From the IMG/VR virus record IMGVR_UViG_651324073_000003, positions 1-64,000 of that record: DNA of 64,000 nt, one strand, 5' to 3'. Positions 18,783 to 26,994 of this stretch are shown piece after piece; position 1 is the first letter of the stretch, and each line of letters begins with the position of its first letter. The position numbers and the translations under genes were made by a program. The notes under the pieces were generated by a model, which saw only the letters and a program-made list of their open reading frames with translations, ran no database searches and was not told the DNA's origin. This DNA comes from a virus (lineage: Duplodnaviria; Caudoviricetes).

Positions 18783-20179
18783 CAGGCGCCGGCCGGCGCC
18801 GGGTCAGTGATGGCGCCAAGGGCCGGCCCGTCCTGCCCGGCATCCTCCAGCTCGTCGTCCGCGACGATATCCGCGGAGAGCACGCCGCGGCGCTGCTGCT
18901 CAAGGATCACGCGCTTCTTGCTGATGATCCCGGCGGCCTGCAGTTCCAGCAGCAGAGACGCCGAGGCCTCGCCAAGTGAGTCTGCACCGAAGTCCTTGTG
19001 CAGCGTCGCGTGGCCGCCTTCAGGTTGCCCGATCCACTCGGCCGTGAATTGCAGCGCCTGGTCGATGGCATCTTCCAGATCCTCCGCCATCCGCTGGAGC
19101 GCGCACTTGTTTCCTTCGCCCTCGCTGGAGATCTGGGTGGCGGTGACTGCTGCACCTTCCTTTCGAACGAGCAGCTCGGCACCGGTTTGCAGCATGCGCT
19201 GCTCGATGTCCTTCAAGTCGTTGCGGCCAGCCTCGATCGCGGCTCCGCTGTGCTCCACGAACTTCAGGTCGGCGTCCTTCGGCAGCTTCACGGCCGAAGA
19301 TGCCCCCACCGTGATATCGACCTCTCCCTCCGCGCCGACCAGCGCCAGGATTGGCACACGCGCCACGTGCAGGATGTTCTGCTGGTCGCTCTTCGACTGC
19401 CAGTGCTCCACGTTCTGGTGCGCCAGTTCGAGAAGCGGCGGCGCTGAAGTCCCGAACCCTGTCCGCTGTCCGTAGCAGAACACGAACGGAACCGCATTCA
19501 AGGTAGTGAGACCTTCGTTGTGCAGCTGCCATTCTTCTTGGCCGTTTGCCGTGCGAACCTTGCGGTACGTGCGCCACCGGCCGGGCTCCAGCACACGGAC
19601 CTGCTCGAACTCGCGCTCACCGAACTCTCCGGCATCCTCCGCTTCGTTCTCAAGCAGGCGGATCTGCGCGAGCGTGATGACGCCATTCGTGCGACGGGTC
19701 TTCCAGCCCAAGACGGCTCCGGCCGGGTAGCGCTTCCAGTAAGGCCTCAGACCAGCCTCCAGCTCCTGAGCCCGGGTGCGCACGCCTTCTGCCGGAGGGA
19801 AGTCGATCAGGATGCCGCTGATTCCTACGGACAGGATGTCGACCATCAGGTCGCCTGCAAATGCATGCAGGTTGCGGCCCTCCAGATCGATGTTCTGTGC
19901 GAACCCCTTGATAGGCTCGGGCACGTTATCGCCCAGCTGTAGCGGTTTGCTGAAAGGCTTTCCCGACAGCACGCGGACGGTCTGGCTGAATGCCGGGTAC
20001 AGCGTGCTGACGGCAAGCCGCGCGTCGTACGACTTCTGTTCTTCGTTGGGCCACTTCGGCAGGAAATTCTTCGCCGCGGCTCTCATCGCCGATGTGCCGC
20101 CCATCAGAGCGCGCACGAGCGGCCAGTGCTTGGCCATCTCGGCTACAGCTTCTGATTCATTGCGGACAGCATCGGTCAT
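18782..20179 (-). CDS. Portal protein (DUF4055)
   Basis: ALMGGT.AMR, PPLL.LA..NVEHWQS.SDQ.NILH motifs; follows terminase. Confidence 0.9.
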   Translation of the reverse strand: MTDAVRNESEAVAEMAKHWPLVRALMGGTSAMRAAAKNFLPKWPNEEQKSYDARLAVSTLYPAFSQTVRVLSGKPFSKPLQLGDNVPEPIKGFAQNIDLEGRNLHAFAGDLMVDILSVGISGILIDFPPAEGVRTRAQELEAGLRPYWKRYPAGAVLGWKTRRTNGVITLAQIRLLENEAEDAGEFGEREFEQVRVLEPGRWRTYRKVRTANGQEEWQLHNEGLTTLNAVPFVFCYGQRTGFGTSAPPLLELAHQNVEHWQSKSDQQNILHVARVPILALVGAEGEVDITVGASSAVKLPKDADLKFVEHSGAAIEAGRNDLKDIEQRMLQTGAELLVRKEGAAVTATQISSEGEGNKCALQRMAEDLEDAIDQALQFTAEWIGQPEGGHATLHKDFGADSLGEASASLLLELQAAGIISKKRVILEQQRRGVLSADIVADDELEDAGQDGPALGAITDPAPAGA

Positions 20180-20189
20180 CGGGTAGTCC

Positions 20190-21605
20190 TCACATGCGCA
20201 GCGGGGCGACAGTGGCAGATCGAGTCGGCATCGTGCAGCGGTAGCGCGTCTCGTCCGCAACGTGGTCTTCGGCGTCGGTGTCGATGTCGTCAGGCTGACG
20301 CTCGTCGCGCGGGAGCACAGGGACCGTTCGGATGAACTGCCGGCAGGTGTCGAACACCAGCAGGCCAGGCTCTTCCATCGGATGCTGAAGCGCCGCCTTC
20401 AGCATCTTGCGCATGCGCTCCCAGCCATTGCGACGGCTGCCGGGACCCTTGTCCGCCTTCTCCCACTTCACGCCGGCGCGGGCCATGTCGTCTGCGATGC
20501 ACACGCCGTTCTGGGTGTCGAAAATGGCCGAATCGGCAGGTCCGGACCTGACGCGGCCAGCGAGGCCGATCTCCTTCTCCAGCTTGACGATGCCCTTCGC
20601 GACCTCCACGGCCAGCATGCGCAGGCCTTCGTTCGGTTTCCCGCTCCAACCGTACCACTCGGCCACACGAATGAGCGTGCCGCGCGGGAAGCTGCGCCTG
20701 GTGCCGTCACGCATTACCGCATCGGTGCCGTCCGTTTCCGCCCACCAACCGACGCTGAATGGCTTGCTGCTACCCCAGTCGAAGGACCGGTCGATGCGCC
20801 AGCCGGCGGGGATATCGAATGGCTGCAGCGCGTGCCGATTTTCGTCCCACACGTCGTCGAACATGCCGCCGGCCACGATGTTCCAGTCGCCGTCGCGCAT
20901 TGCCTTCACGAGCGCAGCATTGCCAAGGCCTTCGAGTCGATCCACGTAATCCGGGTCGTTCTCAAGCAGCGTCGGATTGTCCGCGAGCTTCGCCGGGATG
21001 TACTGGCGGAGCATGCCGCCCTCGGACTTCGGTTGCCGGTTGATCTGCCGCGGCGGCGCGATGTCGATGAACGTCGCCTTGACCCAGTTGTGGCCGATAC
21101 CGCCCGGGTTGGCGCTGCCAAGGATGCGCGGGAACAGTCCGGCGTACTTCTTCGGCAGCTTCAGCGCGCCCATACGACAGCGGCCGCGCAGGTACCGGTA
21201 GATCTTCTCGGTGAAGTGCGTCAGCTCATCGAGCATCAGGACGTGAATCTCGGCGCCCTGGTACTTCGTCACGTCCTTCTCGTACTGGCAGTGGCAGAGG
21301 TGGATCTTCGAGCCGTTCCAGAACTCGATGAAGGCCTTCGACCAGTTGATCTTGACCAGACCACAGTCAATCCACTCGGAGAGCAGAGCAGGAAACCCGC
21401 TCACTCCCTCCATGTGGTTCTTCAGCAGGTCATCGGACAACCGGCGAAAGATATAGACCTGCAGGCCCGGGATGTCAGTGCACCACGCGATGGCACCGAC
21501 TCGCATGAGGTGGGACTTTCCGCCGCCCGCCGCGCCGCCGTAGAGAATCTCCGTTGCTTCGGAAAGGTACGCCTCACTCTGCTGCGGGTGGAGGGCGAGT
21601 TCCAT
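20190..21605 (-). CDS. terL: Terminase large subunit
   Basis: Walker A YGGAAGGGKS, Walker B LMLDELT, SANPGG, nuclease DWG/DH..DE. Confidence 0.95.
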   Translation of the reverse strand: MELALHPQQSEAYLSEATEILYGGAAGGGKSHLMRVGAIAWCTDIPGLQVYIFRRLSDDLLKNHMEGVSGFPALLSEWIDCGLVKINWSKAFIEFWNGSKIHLCHCQYEKDVTKYQGAEIHVLMLDELTHFTEKIYRYLRGRCRMGALKLPKKYAGLFPRILGSANPGGIGHNWVKATFIDIAPPRQINRQPKSEGGMLRQYIPAKLADNPTLLENDPDYVDRLEGLGNAALVKAMRDGDWNIVAGGMFDDVWDENRHALQPFDIPAGWRIDRSFDWGSSKPFSVGWWAETDGTDAVMRDGTRRSFPRGTLIRVAEWYGWSGKPNEGLRMLAVEVAKGIVKLEKEIGLAGRVRSGPADSAIFDTQNGVCIADDMARAGVKWEKADKGPGSRRNGWERMRKMLKAALQHPMEEPGLLVFDTCRQFIRTVPVLPRDERQPDDIDTDAEDHVADETRYRCTMPTRSATVAPLRM

Positions 21606-22110
21606 TCAGCACCAGCTTCAGTTCCGGCGTCTTGATCTCGCCGCTGTGCTCCACCTTGTCCTTGAACATGCCGAAGTGCCGGCCCAGCAGCTCGAGGTTC
21701 TTCACCTTGTCCGGCCACTTGATCTTCTTCAGGATGCCGATCATCTCCCGCTGTTCGCCGCGGCCCTCGAACATTTCGGCCAGGTCGAACCCGCTCAGGT
21801 ACTGGCGCCAGACCTTCGGCCACTCGCTCACCGGCTTGATCGCCATGTCGTCGTCCATGATGTCCAGAACGTCCATCTGGTCGATTTCGATCATCCGCTT
21901 CAGGACATAGTCGGCATCGACCTCGGTGCGCTCTGTGCGCGCCTTCTTCGCCGCGGCTATGGCGGCGGCCACATCAACATTCCTCAACAGTCGCTCGCCC
22001 TGTGAGGCGGCCGTCTTCGCGCTGTACCCGGCACGGGTTGCTGCCTGGGTGGCGTTCAGGTCGATCAGGTACTCATCGACGAAGCGCTGCTGTCGCGGGG
22101 TGAGGTCCAT
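21574..22110 (-). CDS. terS: Terminase small subunit
   Basis: LTPRQQRFVDEYLIDLNATQAA.RAGYS; DKVKNLELLGRH. Confidence 0.95.
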   Translation of the reverse strand: MDLTPRQQRFVDEYLIDLNATQAATRAGYSAKTAASQGERLLRNVDVAAAIAAAKKARTERTEVDADYVLKRMIEIDQMDVLDIMDDDMAIKPVSEWPKVWRQYLSGFDLAEMFEGRGEQREMIGILKKIKWPDKVKNLELLGRHFGMFKDKVEHSGEIKTPELKLVLNGTRPPPAAE

Positions 22111-22244
22111 GTCGGCACCCTTTCGGTGTCCGCATGTGCTGCGGATGCCATCACGGCATAGAGGAACCCGCCTGGTGCGCGTCGCCCTGTCGGGCCAGCA
22201 CTACCGGCAATCCAGCGTTCTAGGCGTGGCGGGTGTTGAAATCG

Positions 22245-22318
22245 TGGAGCGGTCAGAGGGAATCGAACCCGTCACTGCGCGGCTTGGAAGGCCGGCGGCA
22301 CACCTTGCGCTTGACCGC
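22245..22318 (-). tRNA. tRNA-Gly(TCC)-like gene, degenerate D-arm
   Basis: GCGGTCA/TGACCGC acceptor stem, CTTCCAA anticodon loop, GTTCGATTC T-loop, encoded TCCA end. Confidence 0.65.
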
Positions 22319-22394
22319 GTGAAAAAGCCGGAACCGCCCGAAAACGGCGCCGGCAAAGGACAACAGGGAGGAGATGTCACAGACGACAGACGAC

Positions 22395-22426
22395 AAAAAG
22401 CCCGCCGGGATTTCTCCGGGCGGGCT
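22395..22426 (-). terminator. tR'-like terminator
   Basis: AGCCCGCC...GGCGGGCT-TTTT shortly after the promoter. Confidence 0.75.
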
Positions 22427-22446
22427 ATTGGTGCCTATCTGAAATT

Positions 22447-22475
22447 ACTATAACCGTACATTTTCCGTTTTTCAA
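22447..22475 (-). promoter_or_regulatory. PR'-like late promoter
   Basis: TTGAAA-17 bp-TATAGT. Confidence 0.7.
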
Positions 22476-23113
22476 CCCGGTGTGAAGCGATTCGACTTCC
22501 TTCTGTTCTCTGTCGCTGGTATCGCTCTGAGGTTGAATTCGCAGTGCAGCCCGCAGACATATCGGCTGACCAGCGGGATGATGTGGTCGACGTCATGAGG
22601 AATCCCTGTCTGGGCCACAAGTTGATCGCGCTGCCTGTAAATCTCCAGCATCGCTGCGCGGTCTGCCCATATCGGAGTGGCCAAGCGATGAAGCAGGAAC
22701 CTTCGTTCCCGTGGTGACCTTGCAGCAGCGACCTGCTCTGCCCAGAACGCCTTCGTCTCGGGATTTGTCCAGATGTGCCGCTCGGTGATGCCCTGGATTC
22801 GATCCTGCACCCACTCCGTCCAGTCGATTCTTGACGTGCAGTCGAGACGCCTTGCCTCGATCTCCGCCGCAGCATCGAGAAAGACGCCCACTGGCTCCCC
22901 GGTGGTCGACTCGTACCACGACTTGAACTCCTGACTATGCAGGTGCTCCGCCAGCTTTTGTTCGAAGGCTCGGCGCTCCGCCGCCTTGCGTCGGTCTCTT
23001 GCATCAGGCTCAGTTGTCCGATGCTTCCGCGCGTTGAGGCGTGCGATCTCCTGCTGCCACTCCTCCTTCTTGATGCGCTCGCGGGCGCGTCGCTCTTCGG
23101 CCGTCATCTTCAC
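22472..23113 (-). CDS. HNH endonuclease
   Basis: HDVDHIIPL....VCGLH...NL..I...EN..KSN. Confidence 0.85.
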   Translation of the reverse strand: MKMTAEERRARERIKKEEWQQEIARLNARKHRTTEPDARDRRKAAERRAFEQKLAEHLHSQEFKSWYESTTGEPVGVFLDAAAEIEARRLDCTSRIDWTEWVQDRIQGITERHIWTNPETKAFWAEQVAAARSPRERRFLLHRLATPIWADRAAMLEIYRQRDQLVAQTGIPHDVDHIIPLVSRYVCGLHCEFNLRAIPATENRRKSNRFTPG

Positions 23114-23691
23114 GATTCGACGATTCCCTTGGCTTTCAGCTTCGCGTCGATCGCCGCCTCGGCGCGGTTCATCGCAGCGGAGAAGTGCTTCCCGATTCGC
23201 TCCATGTACTCGGCGACCGTAGCTCTGCTCACGCCGCAGCGGTCCGCTATCTCCAGCTGGGTGGTCTTCACTCCACACGACTTCATCACGAGCATGCGGC
23301 GCATCTGGTAGTGGCTGACCTGTCCGGTCAGACCAGCGCGCAGCACGTACTGGATCAGCCATTCGATGGATTCCGACCACTCGATCGCGGGTCGGCGGCC
23401 AGCGCAGCAAGGTGCGCGGCATTCGCATTGCTCTGTGCGCGGCGAGAACTTCGTGATGAGGAGGTGCTGCTCCTCGGGCTTCAGGGTCGCCACCTCCGCC
23501 CGGATCATCCCGGCCTGCCCTGCCCCGTCCAGACCAACGAGGCCTTTCCCGCTGCGCTTGGGGCCGTCGGCCATGCGGTTCATCACCGGCCGGTCGTACG
23601 CCTGGTGAGAGAAGTTGAATGCGAACACCAGCGCGGCATGCGTGCTGCTGAACAGCGGTTCCACTTCGACCTGCACTGCGGCTTGGCTCAT
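23110..23691 (-). CDS. Q-like late antiterminator/HTH regulator
   Basis: C-terminal HTH (QLEIADRCGVSRATV), Cys cluster, upstream of PR'/tR'. Confidence 0.6.
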   Translation of the reverse strand: MSQAAVQVEVEPLFSSTHAALVFAFNFSHQAYDRPVMNRMADGPKRSGKGLVGLDGAGQAGMIRAEVATLKPEEQHLLITKFSPRTEQCECRAPCCAGRRPAIEWSESIEWLIQYVLRAGLTGQVSHYQMRRMLVMKSCGVKTTQLEIADRCGVSRATVAEYMERIGKHFSAAMNRAEAAIDAKLKAKGIVES

Positions 23692-24125
23692 ACCACCTCC
23701 CTGATCTCTATCACTGCGCCCGGAGAACTCAGCGCGTCCGGGTCTTCGCCGGGGTACACCTTGGCCAGGCGCGAGTACTCCACCACCCGGGCGTCGTCGG
23801 CCCAGATGCCGGCATCCGACAGCGCATCCTCGGTGGAGCGCGCCAGCTTCGACAGGTCGGGCGTGCGCATCGGGTACGTGCGCCGGCGCTTCGGGGCGCT
23901 CTGCGGCTTCGGCAGCGTGAAGACCATGCGCACCACCACCGGGGCATCGATCGGCCGGCCACCGGACACGGCGAGGAGCTGCTCGGCAGCCGCCTTCACG
24001 TCCTGGCGCCACGGCCGGACCTTCTTCGACGACTCCGTGAGGATTGCCCGGCCGGCCTTGCTCATGCCCATATAGCTTTTTGATCCTTGAGGAGCAGGAG
24101 TGCCCCTTACAACGAGACGAATCAC
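23688..24125 (-). CDS. rusA: RusA Holliday junction resolvase
   Basis: P.PQGSK, PDLSKL.R...DAL...GIW.DDA.VV; GTG 24125 overlaps the HNH stop. Confidence 0.85.
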   Translation of the reverse strand: MIRLVVRGTPAPQGSKSYMGMSKAGRAILTESSKKVRPWRQDVKAAAEQLLAVSGGRPIDAPVVVRMVFTLPKPQSAPKRRRTYPMRTPDLSKLARSTEDALSDAGIWADDARVVEYSRLAKVYPGEDPDALSSPGAVIEIREVV

Positions 24126-24607
24126 GCGCGCACACTCCCCGTCTTCTGGCGTTGATGCCAATTCCTGAGGTATTCGATCCTGATGTTGCGAGTCCTCGTC
24201 AGGTACTCCGTCAAACAAATCAAGCATCGACGCTGACCTCCTTTGTTCTGAAATTCGTGCCCCTGCTTGCATACGCTCATCCCCGCAGGGGTTAGCTCGG
24301 ACCTCACCAGGTTCTCCCTGGGGGTAACCGGTTGAAGATGGTCCGGATTCACGCAATTACGAACCCTGCACAGGTGGTCCAACACAAGACCGGCCGGGAC
24401 ACTTCCACGAATCAATTCATAGACAAGCCTGTGTGCCTGGAATGTTTTATTGCCCAGGCTGGCCCACCCATACCCGTCACGGCTCCGAGACCTAAGCCAT
24501 AGCCAGCACCCGCCATCTCCTGGTCCAATGTTTCTTCTGATGTGGCGAGGGAGGCTTGAAGGCGTAACGTCCTCCTGCCACTTACTCAAAGGCTTCGGCG
24601 CGGTCAC
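24122..24607 (-). CDS. Free-standing HNH homing endonuclease
   Basis: CWLW...GYG, AHRLVY, DHLCRVRNCVNPDHL...EN; lower GC. Confidence 0.85.
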   Translation of the reverse strand: MTAPKPLSKWQEDVTPSSLPRHIRRNIGPGDGGCWLWLRSRSRDGYGWASLGNKTFQAHRLVYELIRGSVPAGLVLDHLCRVRNCVNPDHLQPVTPRENLVRSELTPAGMSVCKQGHEFQNKGGQRRCLICLTEYLTRTRNIRIEYLRNWHQRQKTGSVRA

Positions 24608-24651
24608 TAGACGTTCCTTCCCGGCGTGCCGCGCACCTGAAGGCGGATCAC
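24607..24651 (-). pseudogene. Stranded 5' remnant of rusA (VIRLQVRGTP, then stop after 14 codons)
   Basis: Duplicates the RusA N-terminus VIRLVVRGTP; GTGA-coupled to upstream gene. Confidence 0.7.
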
Positions 24652-24863
24652 TCGGCCTGCTTCTTCCGCGCCTGCCACAGCTCGACCACCGCCGCCCTGA
24701 CCCTCTCCAGCTCCTCCGGCGACATCCTGGCCGCCACCGCATCCCGCACGTGCCGCGGCTGCTCCGAAATCCATCTGATCCTGCATTCCCAACACCCCTG
24801 TCGATACCATCCCGAGATCCCTCCATGCGCCGCGTCGTACGCGCAGCAGTCGCAGTCCGTCAC
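24648..24863 (-). CDS. Small Cys-containing hypothetical protein (71 aa)
   Basis: CDCC...CWEC; coupled overlaps at both ends. Confidence 0.6.
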   Translation of the reverse strand: MTDCDCCAYDAAHGGISGWYRQGCWECRIRWISEQPRHVRDAVAARMSPEELERVRAAVVELWQARKKQAE

Positions 24864-25405
24864 GCTTCCTCGCTGACCCGTGGCGCGCACCGGCCGCCGC
24901 TCCACACCTCACCCAGCGCCTCCGAGGCCATGGCGATCTGCGACGGCAGCAGCCGGTCGCCGGCCAGGTACATCCGGCGCAGCTGGTGCGCCCAGTCCCG
25001 GTCACCCGACTCGCGAATCCGCACGGTCGCGGCGCGCTCCAGGTTCGCGGCCCTGCGGTCGGCATCCGGTACCGGCGGCGGCAACGCCACGCGCTGCTCG
25101 GCGACCTGGTTGCGGCAGAGCTCGATGAACTCCGGCAGGGTCGGCGGCAGCGACTTCGAGCGGCAGGACTCGAGTGCGCGCCCGATGCGCTCCGGCTGGC
25201 CTGCGAATCCGGCGAGCGCCTCCGCCCACGTTGCCTTCGCGTTCAGCAGCCCGCGGTCGAACTGCCGGCCGCCACGCTGCACCGTCTCGCCGCTGCGCCA
25301 GCGGTCGACCCACAGCGAGCCGTACATGCCCTGCATGCGGTCGAAGATCCGCTCAACCCAGGAGTCGGGTAGCGCTGCCGTCGATTGTTCGGCTGTCGTG
25401 GTCAT
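24860..25405 (-). CDS. Replication protein P-like (helicase loader)
   Basis: WVERIF.RM...YG..W and PPTLPEFI.LCR motifs; follows initiator. Confidence 0.7.
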   Translation of the reverse strand: MTTTAEQSTAALPDSWVERIFDRMQGMYGSLWVDRWRSGETVQRGGRQFDRGLLNAKATWAEALAGFAGQPERIGRALESCRSKSLPPTLPEFIELCRNQVAEQRVALPPPVPDADRRAANLERAATVRIRESGDRDWAHQLRRMYLAGDRLLPSQIAMASEALGEVWSGGRCAPRVSEEA

Positions 25406-26267
25406 CGTGCTGTCCTCGTTGCTCCGCGGCACAGGCCTCGCGGAAGTCGGAAAGTCGGGAGCCGGCGGCGATGCGGCGGCTTTCCTCGCGGGTCATGGGG
25501 CCGTCTCGGGGCGGGCTGCGGCCGGCTGGAGCGGCGATCACTTCGGGCAGGAAGACGTCGAGGTAGCCGGCGTTGATCGGCCTCGGGTCCGCGGCGTCGT
25601 GGCGACGCTGCTGGGCGATTTCCAGCGCCTGCAAGGCCTGCGCGTCGGTGACGCCGCGCTCAGCCCAGCTGCGAACACGGGGATCGCCGGTCTGAAGCGC
25701 CGCGCCGCGGTTGCGCAGGAGCAGGACCAGCTGGAGGGCTCGTTCGGTCACAGCGTCAGGCGGCGCAGCAGCAGCAGCGACGGCCTGGCCTGTCTCCGGT
25801 TGAGTCTCTGATGCTGCTTGCTGGAGAGAGGTTGTTGACTGGTGTCTGGTGTCTGGTGCTTGGTGAGCTTTCTGCTGGGTTTCGTTTTCTGAACCCGCAG
25901 ATAACCCACTGGGTTTCTGTTGGGTTTCGCCTTCGTCTGTTTTCTTCACCCGTTTCGGTCGTCCGCCTTTCCGTCCGTTTTCCTTCGCAGCGTTGATCTT
26001 GGCCTGCGCCTTCTCGATCTCTTGTTCGATCCGGCGCTTCGTCCAGATGCCGTCGGTCCGCGTGAAGAACTCCAGCAGAACGGCATCCACCGCAGCCTTC
26101 TCTTCCCGCGTGCGAGCGCGCGCCAGCCGGTGCGCCTGATCAGCCGGAATGCCGGCTTCAGTCGCGTAGTAGCGGTCCATGAGAAGGGTGTAGGCACCGT
26201 GCTCGAGCATCGTCAGGTGCGCGGTGTCGCGCACGTAATCGCCGATGTGCCGTTCGTAGTAGTTCAA
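25353..26267 (-). CDS. YdaU/DUF1376 replication initiator (O-like)
   Basis: YYERHIGDY..DT.HL..LEHGAY.LL.D.YY; TTG start. Confidence 0.88.
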   Translation of the reverse strand: MNYYERHIGDYVRDTAHLTMLEHGAYTLLMDRYYATEAGIPADQAHRLARARTREEKAAVDAVLLEFFTRTDGIWTKRRIEQEIEKAQAKINAAKENGRKGGRPKRVKKTDEGETQQKPSGLSAGSENETQQKAHQAPDTRHQSTTSLQQAASETQPETGQAVAAAAAPPDAVTERALQLVLLLRNRGAALQTGDPRVRSWAERGVTDAQALQALEIAQQRRHDAADPRPINAGYLDVFLPEVIAAPAGRSPPRDGPMTREESRRIAAGSRLSDFREACAAEQRGQHDDHDSRTIDGSATRLLG

Positions 26268-26839
26268 GCGGCCACCCCATGCTTCTGTGCTTCGTCGCGG
26301 CGGTGGTAGGCCTCCCACATGCGCAGGTTCGCCAGCCGTGCGATGTCAATGGCCTGCGATGGCGTCAGGCGCGTGGCGTCCTTGTTCGGCGTGGCGCGGC
26401 GGATGCATTCCACGATGACGTGTGGCCGGTGGTGGAGGTCGGTGTAGTCCTTTCCGTAGCTCAGCAGCAGCACGCCGCTGGCCTTGCTCGGCAGGCAGTC
26501 CAGCAGATCCGGCTTCCAGATGTCGGCCGGCATGGCGTAGTAGTGCTTCCAGACCTTCGGCGGGTGCTGGCGGGCGGTAGTCGTTACCTCTTGCCGGCGT
26601 TGCCCCGGTATCCATGCGCCGTACTGTCGGTGCCACCACTTGTCCTTCTTGGCGTCCGCCTTCAGGTCGGCACGGCTGATCTTCACCTCGACATCGATGA
26701 TGCGCAGGTCGGTGGTGACGCCCAGAACGTCGCACTCGTGACCGGTCCAGCCGCAGTTGTCGACCAGCACGACGCACTTTCGCGCCAGCGTCTGCAGCGC
26801 GATGGCGCGGGCGATGGAGTGTTCAGACCACTGGCTCAC
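26264..26839 (-). CDS. MmcB-like PD-(D/E)XK nuclease
   Basis: ECDVL...IDVEVKISRAD..AD..K, HYYAMP. Confidence 0.7.
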   Translation of the reverse strand: MSQWSEHSIARAIALQTLARKCVVLVDNCGWTGHECDVLGVTTDLRIIDVEVKISRADLKADAKKDKWWHRQYGAWIPGQRRQEVTTTARQHPPKVWKHYYAMPADIWKPDLLDCLPSKASGVLLLSYGKDYTDLHHRPHVIVECIRRATPNKDATRLTPSQAIDIARLANLRMWEAYHRRDEAQKHGVAA

Positions 26840-26994
26840 GCGAACATCTCCATCTGAACCGGCTCAGGCCACAGCCACGATTCGCCGGCGCGCAGGCGGC
26901 GCTCGATATCGCGACGAACCTGCTCGCGGTCTGCGCGCGGCCACTGCCGCATGTGGGCCGCAAGGTGCATGCGCAGCTGGTAGGCGAGGTTCAT
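26836..26994 (-). CDS. Small hypothetical protein (52 aa)
   Basis: ATGA/GTGA coupling on both sides. Confidence 0.5.
   Translation of the reverse strand: MNLAYQLRMHLAAHMRQWPRADREQVRRDIERRLRAGESWLWPEPVQMEMFA

Noticed and set aside
22111-22244. Second tRNA or structured RNA upstream of terS
   Set aside because: Short stems only; no cloverleaf, and no covariation evidence available
24126-24356. Longer RusA N-terminus from the ORF track
   Set aside because: It overlaps the HNH gene; GTG 24125 with GTGA coupling fits better
24122-24651. Group I intron splitting rusA
   Set aside because: The downstream rusA has its own full start and SD, and the insert is fully coding with no visible intron core
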